Under the pieces are notes generated by a model. The model was given only the letters and a program-made list of their open reading frames with translations, did not search any database and was not told the origin of the DNA. Shown here one piece after another: positions 25,907 to 32,000 of a stretch of 32,000 nucleotides of DNA. Every line of letters starts with the position of its first letter. Position 1 is the first letter of the stretch. Source of the DNA: Candidatus Paracaedimonas acanthamoebae (GTDB taxonomy: Bacteria > Pseudomonadota > Alphaproteobacteria > Caedimonadales > Caedimonadaceae); contig CP008936.1 in the NCBI GenBank assembly GCA_000743035.1, positions 390,001 through 422,000 of the forward strand. Direction: 5' to 3'. Position numbers and translations under genes: made by a program.

Positions 25907-27715
25907 TTATAGTTCCCTCTCGGGTTTTTTGCCTTTAGGAAGAGCCAACTCCTTTTGAATCAGCTTAATTTGTGTGTCGATATTTTGCTTAAGGTCTGGT
26001 CTTTGGCTCGTATACGTAGAGAGATCTTTTTCCTTATAGCGGCTCATGATTTCAGAGGTGATTTCACTTAAATTAAGCTTGGAGAAATCAATGTTTGCTA
26101 TTTCTTCTTTCGTGAGACCTCGACAGGTTGGATTTTGAGGAGATCCCCAGCCTAAGCCTATTTGAGGACGTCCTTGCTCATGAATGATGCGTGAGAGCTT
26201 GGAATGGAAGCAACAGTAAGAAAATTGTTTCTTAAGACAGATGCCTGTTAATTTCTCTTTTTCCTTACAAAAGGATCCCACATAAACACAAAGATTTTTA
26301 CCCTTGCGCTCAACCAGCCTTTGATCATCTGCATCACAATCTGCTAACTTTAAAGAAACCCCCCAGCCTTTACCGCCTTTACAGCAATCTCTGAAGTTGG
26401 CAAGGTTCTTCTTGCAATGGTCATGATCGCCCCCAAAGATTTCTGGTTTCTTAGCTCTTAAGTCTTCTTGAATTTTCCTGAAGACTTCGAGCTTAGAGAT
26501 CGCATCCAGCATCTCCGTGTTAGGAGCATAACTTGGGGTGAAACAATTGCCCGTGATGCAATAAGGGGCTTTGCCCCCTTTGATTCTTGTGACCTTGAGC
26601 TTTCTAGAGGTCGGGCATTTAAAGGTTTGCTCGTACTTAATACAAGTCTTGTTAATATACTCTAAGCAGTGTGATCCAACCTGCATACAGCCACGTGTTC
26701 TTAAAGCCTCACAATTATTTTTGGCCTGTGGAAGGCAGGAATAAGTTTTGCGCCTCTGCCACCAGTCTTTTGTTACAGCCAGACCATTAATCACTCTCGT
26801 CTCAGGCCCTTGGGTAACTTCCATTGTTTCATAAGAGCACACTTCCTTATCAGAGTTGGCCTCTAGGAATTGACATCCATCCTGAATGGTCTCAACGATA
26901 TCCTTTTCAGTAGGGAGGGGCTGGTAAACAATATCAAAAGTTGCGTAATAGTAGTTAATCCAAAACCAACCCCCATTGCTGGTTGTGACTGAAAGAATAT
27001 TATTAGAAAAAGAAGTATACCATTGAGGATTGGTATGCTTTACACTAATGATGGTCCCCAAAGAGGAGGGGAATGGATTTTCAATTCGTGTCCATGCTGC
27101 ATACCCACCTCCATTATTCATGGTAGAGCTATCATATTTCTGCCCCGTAATGACATTTCTTGAAAGACCCCCTGACCATCCATGAGAATAAACGGTCATC
27201 GTAAGAGAATACGTTTTGGTGGGGGGTGTGTTGACGATCACTTTCCGATCTTCAAGGCAGCTTTGCTCAAAAGGATCTCTAGCCTCTTCACATTTAATTT
27301 CATCAAAAGTCTCTTCTTCTGCGTCTTCGACAACTTGCACAGGCTCGTCCGCCAAGATTTTCATGGGATCTTTGAGAAGGGCTTCGGACTCTGTAATGAG
27401 AGGATCATGGAGAGGATCAATCTTAACACTTGTGTCTTTATGGGTATGAAGCTTGTAGATGTGGCTTACATGTTCATCATGAACTGCATGGGATTCGGCT
27501 TGCTTAAGTGCGCTGTCATCAAGCTTTGCGGCCGCAACATCTTGCTTGTATTCTGGAATATCATCCTCAAGCTTAATGTTGCTAGGATTCAAAGACGTGC
27601 TCTGACTTTCGAATTTAAGTTTTTCAGCGTGTTCTGTGCCTTCCTTGGCCTTCTGATCCATCTCTGAAGCCCATAAGGGAGATACCACCATGATAAGACT
27701 CAAAAGCCATCTCAT
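25907..27715 (-). CDS. traN: F-type conjugal transfer mating-pair stabilisation protein TraN
   Basis: Signal peptide, 602 aa, and a Cys-rich C-terminal half (CKKNLANFRDCCKGGKGWG...CCFHSKL) characteristic of TraN. Confidence 0.85.
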   Translation of the reverse strand: MRWLLSLIMVVSPLWASEMDQKAKEGTEHAEKLKFESQSTSLNPSNIKLEDDIPEYKQDVAAAKLDDSALKQAESHAVHDEHVSHIYKLHTHKDTSVKIDPLHDPLITESEALLKDPMKILADEPVQVVEDAEEETFDEIKCEEARDPFEQSCLEDRKVIVNTPPTKTYSLTMTVYSHGWSGGLSRNVITGQKYDSSTMNNGGGYAAWTRIENPFPSSLGTIISVKHTNPQWYTSFSNNILSVTTSNGGWFWINYYYATFDIVYQPLPTEKDIVETIQDGCQFLEANSDKEVCSYETMEVTQGPETRVINGLAVTKDWWQRRKTYSCLPQAKNNCEALRTRGCMQVGSHCLEYINKTCIKYEQTFKCPTSRKLKVTRIKGGKAPYCITGNCFTPSYAPNTEMLDAISKLEVFRKIQEDLRAKKPEIFGGDHDHCKKNLANFRDCCKGGKGWGVSLKLADCDADDQRLVERKGKNLCVYVGSFCKEKEKLTGICLKKQFSYCCFHSKLSRIIHEQGRPQIGLGWGSPQNPTCRGLTKEEIANIDFSKLNLSEITSEIMSRYKEKDLSTYTSQRPDLKQNIDTQIKLIQKELALPKGKKPEREL

Positions 27716-28233
27716 GACTTGCTCCCTGTGAGCTTCTCAAGCAACAGGTGAGTGCTTTTGATGTCACCTTCTTGCGTGACCTTCTCGAGAGCAAATCGTA
27801 GGCTGACATTGCCCGCAAGGCGGTCATAAATGAAGTGGTCGTCCTTAAGATCGCCTTCAAAGATGATAAAGGTTGGGACAGAAGTGACATTAAACTTCTC
27901 AAACAGAGTAGGATCAAGAAGGACATCTTCCCCCAACTTTTGAAGAGTTAAAGCAGTTTCTTTAAAGCTATTCTTAATAAGCCCTTGAATGACTAAAGCA
28001 CCCCCAATCTTTTTAAGATCTGATGCTAATTTCTTGATCGTTGCTTGAGGCATGGAGAATGAGGCAAAGACCAAGACTGTTGGTGTTTTCTCCTCAGGCA
28101 TACTCAGTTTTTGGATACGACATGTTTGGGCATGGGGCCTCTCTTTCGGGCACAGAGCACTGCTTTTTAAAGAAAGTAACAAGCTCAAAAACAAGGGAAA
28201 AACTAGCCGAGACAACAATTTCTTTTTCTCCAT
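27712..28233 (-). CDS. trbC: F-type conjugal transfer pilus assembly protein TrbC
   Basis: Signal peptide plus VLVFASFSMPQATIKKLASDLKKIGGALVIQGL, the TrbC_Ftype core. ATGA overlap with traN. Confidence 0.8.
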   Translation of the reverse strand: MEKKKLLSRLVFPLFLSLLLSLKSSALCPKERPHAQTCRIQKLSMPEEKTPTVLVFASFSMPQATIKKLASDLKKIGGALVIQGLIKNSFKETALTLQKLGEDVLLDPTLFEKFNVTSVPTFIIFEGDLKDDHFIYDRLAGNVSLRFALEKVTQEGDIKSTHLLLEKLTGSKS

Positions 28234-29183
28234 ATTAAGTAGCCAAAATCCTCTCCACGAGTAGGAAACTCTCTGCCAGAGCTATAGGTGACTTCCGTGC
28301 GTCCCAAGGGGTAACAGCCCCGATGGGTGGCAGGGATGGGATAGGTCATTTGGGTTTTGTATTGAGACTTTTTAATGATGGGCATGGGGTACTTCCCACA
28401 AAGGCCAGAACTCCCCATATAACCCCAGAGAAGGCCAAATCGGTGAAGGCGTGCCATAAACCGTTGGGTTGTAAGAAGGGAGGCTTGTACACCGCCACCA
28501 TGATGAGTGATTGGGCCCCCGAAAGGATAGAGACTTCCTTGACATCCGCCACACCAAAAGAACAAATCATTCGGAAAACCAGTTGAAGCTGCAACACAAT
28601 CGGCTGCACAAGCCGCTTGCGCAATAGGATTGCCAAAAAATACCGCCTCAGGATTAATGAGAAAGCCAAGTTCATCATCATTCCAGGTGGGATCAACTTC
28701 TGTCATCCACAAAAGATCAAAGGAAGCTTTCTCTAAACAGACAAAATCAATCAAAAGCTCTAACCACCAGATAACAGGGTACACATACCAGTGCACATTA
28801 TAAAAGCTATGCTTTAACCCCCCTGAGACGCTTGATTTGGTAGCATTCCCCCCTCTGTGCGTCATGCTAGTATTGCCAAGCTGTATGCCCCCCATATTGA
28901 CCAAGCAATAAGGGGTTCGAGTGATGTCGACGAGCCTTACAGGCTCCCAGAAAGAAATAGGAATTCCTACTCTTGGAAAAGGGGTGGTACAATAGCAGAC
29001 AAAATCTCTGGGGTTAGGCGTGTCTTCTCCACTCCTCATGAGGTTAATACCGCCTAAAGTGATGGGAAAAATACAAGACCAGCAGATATCAGTAATAGGA
29101 TTGACAAACCTCCCATGGCAAGCAGCACGGCCCTCAGAGATAAAAGCAGTCCAGCAGAAAAAGAGGAGGGAGAGCTTTCTCAT
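28203..29183 (-). CDS. traU: F-type conjugal transfer pilus assembly protein TraU
   Basis: GRFVNPITDICWSCIFPITLGG is the TraU signature. 326 aa with a signal peptide. Confidence 0.9.
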   Translation of the reverse strand: MRKLSLLFFCWTAFISEGRAACHGRFVNPITDICWSCIFPITLGGINLMRSGEDTPNPRDFVCYCTTPFPRVGIPISFWEPVRLVDITRTPYCLVNMGGIQLGNTSMTHRGGNATKSSVSGGLKHSFYNVHWYVYPVIWWLELLIDFVCLEKASFDLLWMTEVDPTWNDDELGFLINPEAVFFGNPIAQAACAADCVAASTGFPNDLFFWCGGCQGSLYPFGGPITHHGGGVQASLLTTQRFMARLHRFGLLWGYMGSSGLCGKYPMPIIKKSQYKTQMTYPIPATHRGCYPLGRTEVTYSSGREFPTRGEDFGYLIWRKRNCCLG

Positions 29184-29186
29184 ACT

Positions 29187-29453
29187 TTACTTACCTTCCC
29201 TCTCAGCTAAATCAGGCTTAGTTTCTTGCTCTTTAAGCTTTTTATTGAGAGCCTCTATATGCCTTAATTTAAAGCGTGACTGTAGATCTTGAATGAGAAG
29301 GTGAGTATGACACATGCCCACCATGAGGAGGAGGAGTGCGGCAAAGAACTTGATCACCAGCCAATCAAGCTTTGAGAGCTCTGGGCATTTAAGTCCTGCA
29401 AACTGATGTAATTTGGGTATATATTTAAAAATTCTTACGATAAATTTCTTCAT
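29187..29453 (-). CDS. small membrane protein in the tra operon (hypothetical)
   Basis: 88 aa, one TM helix (LDWLVIKFFAALLLLMVGM). ATGA overlap with the upstream ORF. Tightly packed in the operon. Confidence 0.5.
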   Translation of the reverse strand: MKKFIVRIFKYIPKLHQFAGLKCPELSKLDWLVIKFFAALLLLMVGMCHTHLLIQDLQSRFKLRHIEALNKKLKEQETKPDLAEREGK

Positions 29454-29764
29454 GTTCTTTTCTTTAATTTTTTGGATGATTTAGCGTTTTCATTAAAAAC
29501 AGATAATGAGTCGTGAGAATGTTGCTTATCTTTGAGTCGCTCTAACATTAAGGTTGTATAAACTTCTTCATAGCCGTACTTCTGACCAAGGTAATAAATC
29601 CTTTGCATCGTAAGTGGATCAGTAATTTCCTCAAGCTTTTTAAGGCGTTTAAGGTCGCGTAGAATATTTCTTTTGAGAAAAACTGCCTGCAGTATCGTCC
29701 AGACCAGAAACATAATAATTAACGCAAGAACCCACATTCTTGGTTCATTTAGGAATTTATCCAT
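29450..29764 (-). CDS. small membrane protein in the tra operon (hypothetical)
   Basis: 104 aa, N-terminal TM helix (MWVLALIIMFLVWTILQAVFL). Its start overlaps the traW stop by 8 nt. Confidence 0.5.
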   Translation of the reverse strand: MDKFLNEPRMWVLALIIMFLVWTILQAVFLKRNILRDLKRLKKLEEITDPLTMQRIYYLGQKYGYEEVYTTLMLERLKDKQHSHDSLSVFNENAKSSKKLKKRT

Positions 29765-30395
29765 TGTTCGAACTCCTCTCTTGTAGATAATTGATATTTA
29801 ATTCTTCTATTTTAAGACGTGTGCCTTCTTGAAAGACGCGAGCAGGGACTTGTTTGATACCAAGCTTAGTGCTCAAGAACCCTAATTGATCGAAATAAAA
29901 GGAGCGATTATGCTTCTCTTCCATCTTGAGAGGTTGGCCTTTAACAAGAATGATTTTTGAGGTTGAAGGGCGAGAAAGTGCCCAATTGAGCTGCTCTTCA
30001 TCTTCCCCATCAATAAAGAGCAATTCCTTGCTAAGAGGAATAATCTCTAAAGGATTGGCTTTATCGCCTTGTCTACCAAAGATCCGCCCTTCATGGTCTT
30101 TCAAGTCTTCAGATAAAGTAAGTGTTGGATCATAATAAAAAGTACGCGGGATTTTCGTGTGCTGAATCTTAACAGGTTCAGGAGTGAGTGCTTTTCTTTT
30201 GGCATGATCTGCAAGTTGTTGTTGATAGGTCTCAAGCGTGCCATTCTCTTGCATTTTAAGAAGACGTTTTTTTATAACTTCAAGGAGGCTTTCTTCTTGA
30301 ACGGGAAATAGTTCTCCATGACAGCCAAGATCCTTAGCTTGTAGCGAGGAGAGCATAAATAGAGAAAGACTAAAATAGTTTATAAGCTTTGCCAT
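29757..30395 (-). CDS. traW: F-type conjugal transfer pilus assembly protein TraW
   Basis: Signal peptide, then LGCHGELFPVQEESLLEVIKKRLLKMQENGTLE, paralleling the TraW N-terminal core. Confidence 0.8.
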   Translation of the reverse strand: MAKLINYFSLSLFMLSSLQAKDLGCHGELFPVQEESLLEVIKKRLLKMQENGTLETYQQQLADHAKRKALTPEPVKIQHTKIPRTFYYDPTLTLSEDLKDHEGRIFGRQGDKANPLEIIPLSKELLFIDGEDEEQLNWALSRPSTSKIILVKGQPLKMEEKHNRSFYFDQLGFLSTKLGIKQVPARVFQEGTRLKIEELNINYLQERSSNNG

Positions 30396-30870
30396 AGATA
30401 TTCTCGCTTGTTAAAAGGCCCACTTCTGCATAACGGGAGTCAAAGCTTCTTTCATGCTCACCTGCCACAAAGTAAGATCCTTGAGGAATGATTACCTGAG
30501 GTCCAGGGGTTAATGTTCTTTGATCACAACTTAAGTTAAAAATGGGGCCAATGAGCACTTCATTTACGAAGGCCTTGTCGTTGACATGGATGACAGCATC
30601 TCCGACTATTCCTTTTACTTGCTTAATGACAATGCTAGGTACCCAAGGATGTGTGAAGGCCACATAATCTCCTTCTTTAAGCGTGAGCGGTAATCCATAG
30701 CTTTTAATGACGAGGAAGTATCTTCCCTCTAATGACTTACTTTCATTGATCGCTAAAGTTGTGCGCTCATGAATACAATTGCCAAGGCCCAGCACGAGGA
30801 TAAAGACAAGAATGCCATTCACGATATTTAAGTACTTCAAGGGAAGAAAGCAGACAAACTTTGGGTTCAT
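30370..30870 (-). CDS. S26-family conjugative signal peptidase (RP4 TraF / R27 TrhF-like)
   Basis: INESKSLEGRYF (Ser box), GDYVAF, IKQVKGIVGD (Lys box) and GEHERSFDSRYAEVG match signal peptidase I / TraF-peptidase boxes. The ATG at 30870 forms an ATGA overlap with the trbI stop. Confidence 0.7.
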   Translation of the reverse strand: MNPKFVCFLPLKYLNIVNGILVFILVLGLGNCIHERTTLAINESKSLEGRYFLVIKSYGLPLTLKEGDYVAFTHPWVPSIVIKQVKGIVGDAVIHVNDKAFVNEVLIGPIFNLSCDQRTLTPGPQVIIPQGSYFVAGEHERSFDSRYAEVGLLTSENIYGKAYKLF

Positions 30871-31208
30871 TGCAGGTTCTCCAGTTTCTTCCTGACAATC
30901 TCTGTCCAATCTTCACCTTTAGAAAGTAGAGTCTCTTTAGAGACAATGAGCGCTCCTGTCTCAAGCGAGAGTTGAGTGGTAATGTGCTGAATCTGGTGAT
31001 GAAGCTTTTTCATCCTCAATGAAAGCTCAGCATCTGTTTGGGTGGCATTGCCCTTAAGCTCACTTAAGAGAAGAGATTGGAGATCAACGACAGCAACCTT
31101 TTGTTCTTGAGTATGAGGTATGACCTTGTAAAATAAACCAAGGACTATGAGGTGGGATGCAAGCGTTGTTCCAACCATGGTAATGAGTTTAAATGTTGCT
31201 GTTCTCAT
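30867..31208 (-). CDS. trbI: F-type conjugal transfer protein TrbI
   Basis: N-terminal TM helix, then VAVVDLQSLL...GALIVSKETLLSKGEDWTEIVRKKL, paralleling F TrbI (VVTFDMKG...AVILVSPAVVQGAPDITREI). It sits between traC and traW, as in F. Confidence 0.65.
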   Translation of the reverse strand: MRTATFKLITMVGTTLASHLIVLGLFYKVIPHTQEQKVAVVDLQSLLLSELKGNATQTDAELSLRMKKLHHQIQHITTQLSLETGALIVSKETLLSKGEDWTEIVRKKLENLQ

Positions 31209-32000
31209 GCGGCAACTCCTGCAACTTGTTTCACAGCATTAAGCAAACTCATGCCTTGGGATTGATAATGTTTGACGGCGGCATATTCTTCAGCCTTTGT
31301 TGAATAAAGAATTCTCGTAAAAGGATCGGTAATGAGTCTTCCCACAGCTGATCCATGAGGCCCCACAATCATAATTTCTGCATATTTTCCTTGTTGGGTG
31401 GTGACAGAGTTCAATAATTCTTCAGCACCTGGATCTAAAAGGAGTCGTTCGCTCTTCTTAAGTTGTGCGATGGATTCTTTCTTTTGAGAAAGAAGACAAA
31501 GCCAATCCGAGTTTTCAAAGGCGGCTTGGGCAGCGGGAGAGGCATAAAAGTCATGAACAGATTGGGTGCCAAAGACAAGAGCACAAAAGAACTTACGGGA
31601 TTGCCTCACACCCGCTTCAATGTAATGGGCTTCTTCTTTTTGCTCGCCTTTAAGGACATCCCAAATCTCGTCCATTTTAATGAGCGTGGGGGTTTTACGA
31701 TCTCCCCCCAGCATCTGATTGAGAATCTGCATAAACACCGTTTTAAAGACGACACTTTGAAGCTCTTTGCGCTCTTTAAGTTCGCCAAGTTCAATCACAA
31801 CAAGATTGTGCTTAAAGTTCACATTGCACGCACCATTAAAGAACCGCCCATAGGCGCCTTGAGAGGTGTAAGGAAAGAGCATGGTGCTTAAGTCTTTAGC
31901 GCGCTCATCAGTTTGGCTTTGAAGCCACTCGGCAATGTCATCAATGGAGGCCTGACTTCCTTTTTTCTCCCAAGCTGCAAAAACTGCCTTGTCAATAAAG
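31205..32000 (-). CDS. traC: F-type conjugal transfer ATPase TraC (VirB4 family), C-terminal part; the 5' end is outside the window
   Basis: The frame stays open past the track Met (31882) to the window edge (FIDKAVFAAWEKKGSQASIDDIAEWL...). Contains LIKMDEIWDVL and VFGTQSVHDF motifs of VirB4/TraC ATPases. Confidence 0.85.
   Translation of the reverse strand, partial: FIDKAVFAAWEKKGSQASIDDIAEWLQSQTDERAKDLSTMLFPYTSQGAYGRFFNGACNVNFKHNLVVIELGELKERKELQSVVFKTVFMQILNQMLGGDRKTPTLIKMDEIWDVLKGEQKEEAHYIEAGVRQSRKFFCALVFGTQSVHDFYASPAAQAAFENSDWLCLLSQKKESIAQLKKSERLLLDPGAEELLNSVTTQQGKYAEIMIVGPHGSAVGRLITDPFTRILYSTKAEEYAAVKHYQSQGMSLLNAVKQVAGVAA

Larger units (their letters stand above)
6789..32000. mobile_element. 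integrative conjugative element / RAGE-like genomic island abutting the 3' end of tRNA-Arg; the right end is outside the window
   Basis: Housekeeping synteny stops at the tRNA. Downstream lie cargo genes, a Ti-type traA/traC/traD module and an F-type T4SS operon. No integrase or second att repeat is visible in the window. Confidence 0.7.

Noticed and set aside
29767-29777. An 11-nt match (minus strand AGGAGTTCGAA) to the T-arm of tRNA-Arg, considered as a possible att repeat or element boundary.
   Set aside because: It lies inside the traW/orf104 coding overlap, where AGGAG serves as the Shine-Dalgarno sequence of orf104. It does not extend to the tRNA 3' end, and the tra operon continues uninterrupted on both sides. 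It is most likely chance.

Overview
The window has two parts. All family calls rest on motifs read by eye and recalled consensus sequences; no searches were run.

**Part 1, about 1-6790: conserved housekeeping DNA on the + strand.**
- It holds the end of the spc/alpha ribosomal operon (secY 3' part, adk, rpsM, rpsK, rpoA, rplQ, terminator).
- This is followed by a DegP/HtrA-type periplasmic protease, the AAA+ gene rarA, and tRNA-Arg(ACG).
- Gene order, AT-richness and protein sequences suggest an alphaproteobacterium, possibly an intracellular Rickettsiales/Holosporales-like lineage. That placement is inference only.

**Part 2, from the tRNA 3' end (about 6789) to the right window edge: accessory DNA that looks like an integrative conjugative element.**
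- Cargo genes: a class II Fic protein, a TenA/PqqC-fold protein, a LysR regulator, and several small or decayed ORFs.
- A Ti-plasmid-type DNA-processing module: traD and traC divergent from the traA relaxase/helicase, with a candidate oriT between them.
- An unrecognised cargo cassette.
- A long minus-strand F-type mating-pair-formation operon: traC(partial)-trbI-S26 peptidase-traW-2 small ORFs-traU-trbC-traN / traF-traH-traG / traD.
- Two opposite-strand insertions interrupt that operon: a relBE toxin-antitoxin pair and a membrane-protein ORF.
- This F-type Mpf plus Ti-type Dtr chimera is the architecture known from Rickettsiales amplified genetic elements (RAGE).

**Items most worth a second look:**
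- the unrecognised two-gene cassette and the stop-interrupted secreted gene between traA and traD
- relBE lying antisense inside the tra operon
- the antiparallel ORF pair between traG and traD
- the candidate oriT
- rarA, which has no canonical start codon upstream of its Walker A box

No integrase, transposase, CRISPR array or rRNA was seen.
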